A stretch of 64,000 nt of DNA from an uncultured Nitrososphaerota archaeon (GTDB lineage Archaea; Thermoproteota; Nitrososphaeria; Nitrososphaerales; Gagatemarchaeaceae). A program made the translations under genes and the position numbers. The first letter of the stretch is position 1. Every line of letters starts with the position of its first letter. Below the pieces are notes generated by a model. It was not told the DNA's origin. It worked only from the letters and a program-made list of their open reading frames with translations, and made no database searches. The stretch lies in assembly GCA_963718895.1 (NCBI GenBank), contig CAVRAG010000007.1, forward strand, positions 320,001 through 384,000, written 5' to 3'. Shown in pieces: positions 1-9,036 of this stretch.

Positions 1-255
1 GGTCTCAACGGAAGGGTGACGATTACCTCCCAGAATTTCAAGAAGGTTAGCCTCCGAAAGGCAGACGTGCTCGCCCTGTACCTCTCCAGCTACACCCTGA
101 ACCTGCTCACTCCCAAGTTCACGAGGGAGCTCAGGTCAGGTGTCAGGATCGTCAACTTCGATTATCCGGTGCCAGCCTGGAAACCCGTGAGTGAGGTCGA
201 GGTCGTCCCGGCGGGCTGGAAGAAGCCTCATCCGATCTACCTGTACAGGGTCTGA
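1..255 (+). CDS. Class I SAM-dependent methyltransferase, C-terminal part (5' truncated)
   Basis: ADVLALYL...LTPKFTRELRSGVRIVNFDYPVPAWKP matches the C-terminal strands of small Rossmann methyltransferases. Confidence 0.75.
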   Translation, partial: GLNGRVTITSQNFKKVSLRKADVLALYLSSYTLNLLTPKFTRELRSGVRIVNFDYPVPAWKPVSEVEVVPAGWKKPHPIYLYRV

Positions 256-271
256 GGGAGGGGGACCGCTC

Positions 272-1159
272 GTGCGAGCCATAGTCCACAGTATCCACTC
301 GCAGGTCCCCGAGACCATCATACGTCTGAATCAGAGTCCTGACAGAATCCTCAGCCTGGACTCTCATCTTGACGTCTCCCTCGGAGGGGACTACAGCTTG
401 TATCCACCCGAGCTTCGGATCTTCGCCCAGCGAACCAGCGTCCACGCCGCCCTGCGCGAGGTCTCCGGCGGCATCCTGGGGCTCAGGAGCTCGTCGTCCA
501 GGCGCCGCCTCGGCGCGGAGGTGATCATTGCCATCCCTGAGAGGATGTTGGCTAGGCACGCCTCGGACATCGAGTCGAAGCTTCCCCCATCATTGAGGGT
601 GCGCGACCCGCGGGAGTCGATCGCGTCTGTGGTGGCCTTCCTGAAGACGACTCTCGGCATAGAGGTCTATCCGAGCCCTCCGAAGAACCTCATAGATCTG
701 GGCGCGCGAATGGACGGGTCAGGAGCTTGGCTCCTGGATGTAGACGTTGACTACATGCGTGAGATGCAGGACGAGTGTTACACTCAGATCAGGAACACGG
801 CGCCGGGCGTCCTTCAGTCGATGTCGAAGGTCATCCGCTTCATCAAGAACTCCAGGCCCCCGGTAATCACGGTCTCGGAGGTCAAGGTCTCTGCGATCCG
901 TGATGACGGAAGCAACTTCTCGCGTTTCATGGGGGCTCTGAGGGATTTTGGCTATCAGGTCGAGGAGAGTGGAGTCTACCGAACAGACGCAGAGGTCCTC
1001 AAAGGTATCTCGATCTGCAAAGAGTTCTACCGCACCGTCTCGAGGCGGCTCGCCTCCGACCACATGGGCTCGATGATGGGGGGCGACCTGGCCGGCTTTG
1101 AGGCGGAAGAGAGGAAGGTGGCCCGAGAGTTCTTCAGAAGGAAGGGATACGCGACCTGA
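272..1159 (+). CDS. Hypothetical protein with arginase/deacetylase-fold (UPF0489-like) metal motifs
   Basis: GTG at 272 after GGGAGG; motifs LSLDSHLD (DxHxD) and LLDVDVDY (DxDxD). Confidence 0.55.
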   Translation: MRAIVHSIHSQVPETIIRLNQSPDRILSLDSHLDVSLGGDYSLYPPELRIFAQRTSVHAALREVSGGILGLRSSSSRRRLGAEVIIAIPERMLARHASDIESKLPPSLRVRDPRESIASVVAFLKTTLGIEVYPSPPKNLIDLGARMDGSGAWLLDVDVDYMREMQDECYTQIRNTAPGVLQSMSKVIRFIKNSRPPVITVSEVKVSAIRDDGSNFSRFMGALRDFGYQVEESGVYRTDAEVLKGISICKEFYRTVSRRLASDHMGSMMGGDLAGFEAEERKVAREFFRRKGYAT

Positions 1160-1174
1160 GGAGGATCCTCGGAC

Positions 1175-1660
1175 CTAGTCGACGCCCAGCGCGTCTCTCA
1201 GGTCTATCTCGTGGTCCTGCTCTTGGACGATTATGTCCCTCAGGGCCTCTGAGAGCGCAAACTCCCCCGCCCGCTCCGCCTGCCTTATCCGCTCCCGGTA
1301 GTTCTTGATGGTGTCGCGCTCTGCCTGGAGGTCGATCTCCAGCATCTTCCTGGAGTCGTCGGACGTCTGCGCTGGGACCATCCTGACCGTAGGCCTCCCA
1401 CCGAGATAGTCGATCTGCCTTGCGAGCTCGAGGGCGTGTGAGAGCTCCTGAGAAGCGTGCCCCTTGAGCTGGTCTGCTATCTCTCCGTACTGAGCCCCCT
1501 TCAAAGCCGCACTGAAGACGACGTACTGGACGATCGCCTTGTACTCCCTGGCTAGGTCCTCATTGAGCGCTTCGACAATCTCCTTTCGTAGCGCGGTTGA
1601 GGCTCCTACGGCGTCCGCCGCGTCCGTGGACCTGGTCTTGGCCGTCTCTGGCGAGGACAA
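1175..1660 (-). CDS. Ferritin-like / bacterioferritin-family protein
   Basis: LNEDLAREYKAIVQY, ELSHA, QIDYLGGRP, EQDHE four-helix di-iron pattern. Confidence 0.85.
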   Translation of the reverse strand: MSSPETAKTRSTDAADAVGASTALRKEIVEALNEDLAREYKAIVQYVVFSAALKGAQYGEIADQLKGHASQELSHALELARQIDYLGGRPTVRMVPAQTSDDSRKMLEIDLQAERDTIKNYRERIRQAERAGEFALSEALRDIIVQEQDHEIDLRDALGVD

Positions 1661-1783
1661 TAGAATCGCTGTACCTTCGATCTCGTTCTTCTATAGACTA
1701 GTGAATCTATCTTCTATCGTACTACGCAGCAGGTCCGGTCGAGAACGGCCCAGTCACACTTATGACGGGGTGCCGGATTACGA

Positions 1784-1900
1784 ATGAAGCCGGGTGAGCC
1801 ATGCATGCCTGAAAAGAAGCGCATGAAGCCGAAGACGTTTCTCGGACTCATGCCAAAGAAGAGGAAGAGATCCACAAGAGGGATAGCGCCTTCGCACTAG
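1784..1900 (+). CDS. Possible small basic protein (38 aa)
   Basis: Read by hand: MKPGEPCMPEKKRMKPKTFLGLMPKKRKRSTRGIAPSH*; lies in an otherwise empty gap. Confidence 0.25.
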   Translation: MKPGEPCMPEKKRMKPKTFLGLMPKKRKRSTRGIAPSH

Positions 1901-1941
1901 CACGACCGGGAACCAGAGCAGGTCGGCCTTCGGGTTTACCC

Positions 1942-2896
1942 TTGCTTTCTGTGATTGGCGCCATCAACTGGGACATCAGCATCTTCGAGGATCGCTTCGC
2001 GAGATCGGGGGAAGAAGTCCCCGTCAGAAGAGTCGAGGAGTTCTCAGGAGGGAAGGCGGCCAACGTCGCGGTCGCAGCCGCAAGGATCCTGGGGAGCGGC
2101 AGGGTGGCCTGCATCGGGGCGCTGGGAGACGACCAGATAGCAAAGGCCCAGATCGCCGAACTGGTCTCGGAGGGCGTGACGGTGGAGGGGATCGTCGAAG
2201 TCAAGGGAAGACAGTCTGGGCGCGCCTACATCCTTGTCGACGCCGAGGGTCGGAAGACCATCCACACCCACTTCGGCGCCAACGCCGAGATCACATCGGG
2301 CGACATCCGTGAGAGGGGTTGCGCCAAGGTGATCTCCAAGACCGGCGCGATGGTGGTCATGGATCCACCCACGCCCGTGGCCCTGGCCGCAGCAGAGGCG
2401 GCGCGGTCGCACGGGGCGAAGGTGATCTATAGCCCGGGCGTGCGAACACAGGAGGGGGTGAAGACCCTGGACGCCATCCTAAGGATCTCTGACTTCCTGG
2501 TCGTGGACAGGATAGAGCTGATGAACCTCGACCGGGCCGCCGACGAGGAGAAGGTCCTGGGCATAGTCAACAAGAAGCACCCCAGGGTCACGGTCGTCGC
2601 GACCTTCAGGATCTGGAGGGTGCATCGTATCGGACGGCAGGTCCTTGACCAGAGTCTCCGGCGTCGACCTCTCGTCGCTGGACATGAAGGTGCTGAACAC
2701 GACAGGCTGTGGCGACGCGTTCCTAGGTGTCTTCGCGAGCTACCTCATGATAGGCAAGAGCCCCCTGGACGCAGCAAGATGGGGGAACCTCGCAGGAGCA
2801 CTGAAGGCGACGAGGCTCGAGACCCGAGGGAGCCCGAGGAAGAGGGAGCTCGAACGCGCGATGAGGACTTTCGAGACCGCGGGAAAGAGTTCCTAG
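1942..2896 (+). CDS. PfkB/ribokinase-family carbohydrate kinase (frameshift near 2605)
   Basis: GGKAANVAVAAAR N-terminal signature; NTTGCGDAFLG C-terminal signature in ORF 2645..2896. Confidence 0.9.
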
Positions 2897-2924
2897 GGGT
2901 CTGGACCCCCGGCTCGGGGCTGGA

Positions 2925-3869
2925 CTAGGGGTTTCGTCCGACCAGCCACTCCAACACCGCTGCGGCGCCGTAGAGCTTGTTCTCGCCCTGACGCCAGACT
3001 ATCGAGCGCGGACCCTCGATGACTTCATCGGTGATCTCCAGGCCACGGTGAGCGGGGAGGCAGTGCATCACGCTCACGTCTTTCTTCGCCACCTTGAGGA
3101 GGTTCGAGTCTATCTGATAGCCGCGGAAGGCCCTCAGCCTTCTCTCCTTCTCGGCCTCCTCCCCCATGCTGACCCAGACGTCGGTGTAGAGGACGTCGGC
3201 GCCGGAGGCGGCCTGTGCCGGGTCCGTGAGGACATGGACCTCGCTTCCCGACGACAGGCCGAGTTCGACTGCCCGCTTGAGAATCTTCTCGTTGGGACGG
3301 TAGTTCTCTGGACAGCCGACGGAGATGCTCATGCCCACCGTGGCCGCGCCTAGGAGGAGGGAGTTGCAGACATTGTCGCCGTCCCCGATGTAGGCCATCT
3401 TGAGACCCCTCAGCCTCTTCTTCACCTCGAGAACCGTGAAGAGGTCGGCCACGACCTGGGTGGGGTGCTCGATATCGCTCAGCGCGTTGATTGTCGGGAC
3501 TCCGGAGAAGTCGGCGAGCTGGTTCACGACCTCCTGGGAATAGACCCTTGCGGCTATCGCGTCCAGGTAGTCGCCGAGTATCCTCGCGGTGTCCTTGACG
3601 GGCTCCCCGCGGCTCAGCTGCAATTCGTTCGCCGAGAGATAGAGCGAGTGGCCGCCCAGTCTGAGGGTCGCGACCTCGAAGCTGGTCCTCGTCCTGGTGG
3701 AAGGCTTCTCGAAGAGCAGGCCGACCACCTTCCCTCTGAGAGACACGATCTCCTTCCCGGCTTTGATCTCCCGCTTGAGTCGTCCCGCCCTCTTGAGCAG
3801 CGAGCCGAGCTCTTCGCCCGAGAGGTCTGCCATCGAAAGAAGGCTTCTCATTGATTGGGCCGTCTTCAT
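2925..3869 (-). CDS. argF: Ornithine carbamoyltransferase
   Basis: FEKPSTRTRTSF, HPTQ, YTDVWVSMG, MHCLPAHRG motifs. Confidence 0.95.
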   Translation of the reverse strand: MKTAQSMRSLLSMADLSGEELGSLLKRAGRLKREIKAGKEIVSLRGKVVGLLFEKPSTRTRTSFEVATLRLGGHSLYLSANELQLSRGEPVKDTARILGDYLDAIAARVYSQEVVNQLADFSGVPTINALSDIEHPTQVVADLFTVLEVKKRLRGLKMAYIGDGDNVCNSLLLGAATVGMSISVGCPENYRPNEKILKRAVELGLSSGSEVHVLTDPAQAASGADVLYTDVWVSMGEEAEKERRLRAFRGYQIDSNLLKVAKKDVSVMHCLPAHRGLEITDEVIEGPRSIVWRQGENKLYGAAAVLEWLVGRNP

Positions 3870-3921
3870 CGCCGACACTCGTGGGCGTTTAAGGAGACCG
3901 GAAGGTCAGGTCGCCTCGCAG

Positions 3922-5280
3922 CTAGCTCACCGCGGGCAGCGATTCCAGCGCCTTGTGTATGGTCTCGTCGGTTGGAGAGTAGTCTATGAGGGCCCCGCTC
4001 ATCTTGTCCTCGTAAGCCTTCAGGTCGAGCAGGCCGTGGCCGCTCAGGTTGAAGAGGATGGTCTTCGGCTCGTTCTTCTGCTTGCACTGGAGGGCGATGT
4101 CGATCGCGGCCCTTACCGCGTGGCTCGTCTCAGGGGCGACGACTATGCCCTCTGTTCGGGCGAAGGTGACGGCCGCGTCCATGGCTTCGTTCTGCGAGTA
4201 GGCAATGCTCCTCATGTAGCCCTTGTTTATCAGCATCGACATGGACGGCGCCTTGCCGTGATAGCGGAGCCCTCCGCCGTGGATGGGCGGCGTCTGGAAG
4301 GTGTGACCGACGGTGTACATCTTGAAGAGGGGGGTCATCTCCCCCGTGTCCCCGAAGTCGTAGCGGTACTCCCCCCTCGTGGTGGACGGGACGGCCTTCG
4401 GCTCTACGGCCACGAACTCGGCGTCGCTCTTTCCCCTTAGCTTCTCGCGCATGAAGGGATAGGCCAGACCGGCGTAGTTGCTGCCTCCGCCGATGCACCC
4501 GACCACATAGTCTGGCTCGGCGTCGAACATCTTCATCTGCTCCACCGCCTCCTGCCCTATGATCGACTGGTGCAGCAGGACGTGGTTCACGACGCTCCCT
4601 ATCGCGTACTTCGTCGTGTCGTGGGTGACGCAGTCCTCGACTGCCTCGCTGATCGCGATGCCGAGGCTCCCGGGGTGGTCGGGGTCCTGAGCGAGGAACT
4701 TCTGCCCCACCTTCGTGTTGCTGCTGGGAGATGCGAATACGTTGGCTCCGTAGACCTCCATCAGGGTCTTGCGGTACGGCTTTTGGATGAACGCGCTTCT
4801 GGTCATGTAGACCGTGCACTCGATGTCGAAGAGCGCGCAAGACATCGCGAGCGCGCTCCCCCACTGTCCTGCGCCCGTCTCGGTCGTCAGGCGCTTCGTT
4901 CCCTCCTTCGAGTGGTAGTAGGCCTGGGCGAGCGCCGTGTTCGGCTTGTGGCTGCCTGCCGGGTTGAGGTCCTCCCTCTTGTAGAATATCTTGGCGGGAG
5001 TCTTGAGTGCGGCCTCGAGCCTCGTGGCTCGGTAGAGAGGCGAGGGACGACCGAGGCGCAGGTAGGCCTCCCTTACACCCTCGGGGATTGGGATGTACTC
5101 CTCCGTCGACACCTCCTGCATCACGCACTCCTTCGCGAAGAGGCGGAAGAGGGGCTCCGGTGACATGGGCTTCATGGTCCCAGGGTCGAGCGGCGGAGGC
5201 AGCGGTTCGGGCAGGTCGTGCTGGATATTGTACCAGTTCCTAGGAAGGTCGTCCTGGTCTAGGGTAACCTTGATCTGCAT
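3922..5280 (-). CDS. trpB2: TrpB2-type tryptophan synthase beta / PLP enzyme
   Basis: PRNWYNI, GSHKPNTA (PLP Lys), TTETGAGQWGSAL, GGGSN, GGLRYHG, FNLSGHG. Confidence 0.95.
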   Translation of the reverse strand: MQIKVTLDQDDLPRNWYNIQHDLPEPLPPPLDPGTMKPMSPEPLFRLFAKECVMQEVSTEEYIPIPEGVREAYLRLGRPSPLYRATRLEAALKTPAKIFYKREDLNPAGSHKPNTALAQAYYHSKEGTKRLTTETGAGQWGSALAMSCALFDIECTVYMTRSAFIQKPYRKTLMEVYGANVFASPSSNTKVGQKFLAQDPDHPGSLGIAISEAVEDCVTHDTTKYAIGSVVNHVLLHQSIIGQEAVEQMKMFDAEPDYVVGCIGGGSNYAGLAYPFMREKLRGKSDAEFVAVEPKAVPSTTRGEYRYDFGDTGEMTPLFKMYTVGHTFQTPPIHGGGLRYHGKAPSMSMLINKGYMRSIAYSQNEAMDAAVTFARTEGIVVAPETSHAVRAAIDIALQCKQKNEPKTILFNLSGHGLLDLKAYEDKMSGALIDYSPTDETIHKALESLPAVS

Positions 5281-5427
5281 TGCCCTGGGAAAGCAGTCTG
5301 ACCATATTTATGCGCTCCGAGGCGAGGCTGAAGGCTTACCGAGAAGCCCGGGGATCCCCCAGGCGCGAGAGTCGACGACGGACCACGGGCGAAACTTTAA
5401 GCCACCTCCGCCTCGCCGCTCTGATTC

Positions 5428-6634
5428 TTGCAGCACAAGCCCGACGCGCGGGAGGACGTCTACTTCGTGCTCACGTCGTTCGCCCACGTGATGATAACCG
5501 TCCTCTTCGGCGTGCTGCTCAACCCCGGTCAATTCCCCGCGCTCGCGATCCTTGGCTTCGCCGTCAGCTCAAAGGCCTTCGCCCTCTTCGCCGGCGAGAA
5601 CGAGAGGTTCTTCACCCACCTTCGGTGGGCAGCCCTGCCTCTGGCGGCTCTGTCAGTCGCCATACTGCTCTTCCTGCCCCCGGTGGGTATCGTCCTCGGC
5701 GCTGCGGTGATGCTTCTCTACCTCAACTACCCACGGCTTATCAGGGCACGTGAGAAGTCCCCGTCCGACGTCGTCTTCCACGGCCTGAGATATGCGCTGC
5801 TCTTCTGGCTGGGGTACGGAGGGCCGGTGACGCTGGCGAGCGCGACCGCGCTCTCCGTTGTCTTCCTCTTCGGAGTTTCTGGGGAGCTGCTGGTGGGCCT
5901 GCGAAGCCAGGGGACCTGGAGGACGACCGCGTCGGTCCTCGGAACGGCGACCACGGTCAGGATAGTGAACGTCCTCACCTTCATCCTGATGGTCCTCGGG
6001 TCCCTTGTCTTCGCACAGGAGGTGAACTTCCCCCTGATCGTCGGTACTGTGGCCGTCCCCATACCTCTGATCGTAGGAGCGTTGGCTGGTCTCTTCATCA
6101 TGCGCCCGGTCTCGCTCGGCCGTAGCCGCCTTGCCCCGCTCTCCGTGAGGAGGCGGGAGATCGATTGCGATACTGCTCGTCGCCCTGGTGGTCGTCTCCA
6201 CTCCGGCGCTCACGAGGGTTGACCTCGAGAAGCAGCTCCCCGGGCCGAGCTACACGGTGACGGTGGGGATGCAGACCTTCGTAACGGGGCCGGACCCATG
6301 GGACGGGCAGTGGATCATATTCAACTACCAGAACACCAGGAACTTCTATTACGTACTCCTTCACACCGATGGGACGCTCGAGCTCGCCAGAGAGGTCAAC
6401 GGGACACGGGAGACGAACCTGAGTGACGCGCAGACGGGCCTGTCGCCCTTTGTCTGGCACAGTTACCAGATAGCGGTGGTCGGGGGAGAGGCCACCGTCT
6501 CGGTCGATGGCCGCGTCTACGAGAGCTTCCCGGTGGCGAGTCCCGGAGGGGAGGTGCTGATATCTCAGTCATTCCCTCACACGAGCCTGTGGGTTGTGAG
6601 GGTCACCGAGCTGCAGGTCAGCGCGGCGGGCTAG
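5428..6634 (+). CDS. Multi-pass UbiA-like membrane protein with C-terminal beta-sandwich domain (frameshift near 6165)
   Basis: About 8 hydrophobic helices, RAREKSPSDVVFHG and TTASVLG UbiA-like segments; C-terminal IIFNYQNTRNFYYV...WHSYQIAV...VSVDG concanavalin-like strands. Confidence 0.5.
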
Positions 6635-7869
6635 CTGTCTGCTCGAGGTCGGGACCGCCCTGCTGATGCGTCCTGTCCGCCAGGACGTCAGCGAGGGGCC
6701 GCAGCTCGACCGCTCCGTCCCTGAACGTTGCCATCGAGCCCATCGAGATGCACTTCGTAGCCAGCTCGTCGAAGCCGAAACGTCGGGATGACTCGTCGAC
6801 GTCCTCGATCTTCATCCTCGTCCTCGGGTGCCTGGAGACTATGGAACAGCAGTCCTTGTAGTAGAGAATCGATGTCTCGTAGGTCCCGACCTGCCTCGCC
6901 AGCTGGATTATCTCGTCTTTGTCATAGCCCAGAAGAGGGCGGAGCGTCGGGAGGGACCCACCGCTGTCGATGCAGGCGATGTTCTGGAGGGTCTGGGAGG
7001 CGACCTGGGCGAGGTTGTCTCCGGTCGAGATCGCCGGGAACTCGAGGCGCTTTGCGAGGCGTTCTGCCACGATCCGTCATGAACCTCCTGAAGACTGTCG
7101 GTTCGAATTCGGGCGGGAGGTCGGTCGTCGCGAGCTGGTAGGGGCTGAACGGCACGAGGATGAGGCGGGACTCCTCGCCCGTCTGGGACAGCCTTCGGAC
7201 GAGTTCCGCTATCTTGCTCTGGAGAATCGGCTCGGGTCCGGGGGCAACGTAGAAGTGGAGATAGACCGGCCTGCACCCGCGCTTCATCATGAGCCATGCT
7301 GCGACCGGCGAATCGATCCCCCCCGAGAGGAGGTGCAGGACGCGCCCGCTCACCCCGACCGGCAGGCCGCCCGGACCCTTCAGGCGTTCCGTGTAGACCA
7401 GCGCCTCTTCCGATATTATGTCCACGGAGAGTGTGACGTCTGGGTTTGAGAGGTTCACCCCCAGACCTAGCCTCTCGATCACGTCCTCGCCCAGCTTCCT
7501 CGCCAGCTCTTGGGAGGTCATCCCAAAGGTCTTGTTCGGTCTCCTGACGCTGACCCTGAAGCTCGTCTCCTTTGGACGCCCGGCCAGGGCGCGGACCGCA
7601 GTCTCCCGTATGTCTGGGTAGGACAGGGGCGCCGTCTCGACCTGCGCAAACCAGACTATCCCGAAGACCTTCGAGAGCCGCAGCTTCGCCTCGGCGACCT
7701 TCTCATCGTCGAGGAGGACGAAGAAGCGGTTGTCGACCATCCTGACCCTCGCGCCTCCGAGGGGGCTCAGGCCGGCGAGGATGTTCCTCCGCAGGCTGCC
7801 CTCGAAGACCTGCCTGTTCCCGCCCTTGGTCCCTATCTCGCCATAGTGGACCACGATTCTGGAGGGCAA
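6618..7869 (-). CDS. thiI: tRNA 4-thiouridine sulfurtransferase (frameshift near 7075)
   Basis: HYGEIGTKGGNR, THUMP region, GGLPVG, LLSGGIDSPVA, TGDNLAQVASQTLQN, RPLLGYDKDEI. Confidence 0.95.
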
Positions 7870-7934
7870 AACCGGGCGCGGGGGAGGGTGCAGGTATAAA
7901 AGCTCAAGATGTCAAACGCTTCCACAGAGCCCTC

Positions 7935-8993
7935 TTGGTCAAGGAAGGTCTTGGGAAGGTCGACCGTGATTTCCTGGGGCGGGTGCTCCTGAGGAACACG
8001 GGTTCCGAGAACCGTTCGGTCCTGGTCGGTCCCGGCATGGGGCTCGACAACGCTGTGATCTCCATCGGCGGGCAGAGGGTGATGATAGTCACCGCCGACC
8101 CCCTCTCGATCATCCCATCCATCGGCATGGTCGATTCTGCCTGGTTGACCGTCCACGAGCTGGCTTCCGACCTCACGACGAGCGCGGTCTCGCCACAGTT
8201 CGCGGTCCTGGACTACAACCTGCCACCCTCGCTGACACCGGGTGACTTCGAGAGCTACGCAATCGCCGTGAGCGACGAGTGCAGGCGCCTCGGCATCTCC
8301 ATAATCGGCGGTCACACAGGGAGGTATCCCGGATCAGGCTTCTCGATCGTCGGCGGAGGCATGATGATGGCGATATCCGACGCGGAAGCGTACGTCACGC
8401 CCAAGATGGTCGAGACTGGCGATGATATCATCATGACGAAGGGGGCGGCGATCGAGGCGACCGCCGTCCTGGCTCTGGCGTTCCCAGAGACCACGGAGAG
8501 GAAGCTCGGGAGCAGGGTCGCAAGGAGGGCCGCGTCCTACCTGAGAAGGTGCTCCACGGTCGAGGATGCGCTCGTCGCAAGCTCCGTCGGGGTCAGATCC
8601 CGGGGCGTCACGGCGATGCACGACGCCACGGAGGGGGGCGTCATGGGGGGTCTCTACGAGCTCGCCCGGACGAGCGGCCGGACGTTGGACGTCGAACTCG
8701 GGAAGATCCACGTCTCCGAGGAGAGCAGGGCCGTCTGCAGCGCCTTCGGACTCGACCCGCTCATCACGGTGAGCGAGGGGACCCTCCTCGTCGCCTCCCG
8801 GCCGGAGCGCACCGGGGAGGTCCTTTCGCGGCTCGCCTCGAAGAAGATAGACGCCTACAAGGTCGGGAGGGTCGGGGCCCGGGGTGCGGGTCTCAGGGTG
8901 TCCGAGGGCGGGCCGGCGAGGGTGTACACCCCACCAAGGTTCGACCCCTACTGGGAGGCCTACGCCAGAGGCGTGAAAAAGGGATGGAAATAG
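7935..8993 (+). CDS. AIR synthase-related (HypE/PurM-like) protein
   Basis: GPGMGLDNAV, IIGGHT, AMHDATEGGV, DPLITVSEGTLL. Confidence 0.85.
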   Translation: MVKEGLGKVDRDFLGRVLLRNTGSENRSVLVGPGMGLDNAVISIGGQRVMIVTADPLSIIPSIGMVDSAWLTVHELASDLTTSAVSPQFAVLDYNLPPSLTPGDFESYAIAVSDECRRLGISIIGGHTGRYPGSGFSIVGGGMMMAISDAEAYVTPKMVETGDDIIMTKGAAIEATAVLALAFPETTERKLGSRVARRAASYLRRCSTVEDALVASSVGVRSRGVTAMHDATEGGVMGGLYELARTSGRTLDVELGKIHVSEESRAVCSAFGLDPLITVSEGTLLVASRPERTGEVLSRLASKKIDAYKVGRVGARGAGLRVSEGGPARVYTPPRFDPYWEAYARGVKKGWK

Positions 8994-9036
8994 GGCCCAA
9001 AAATTGTTTTTGAGGTGGATTGAAGCGGGTTCGGCC

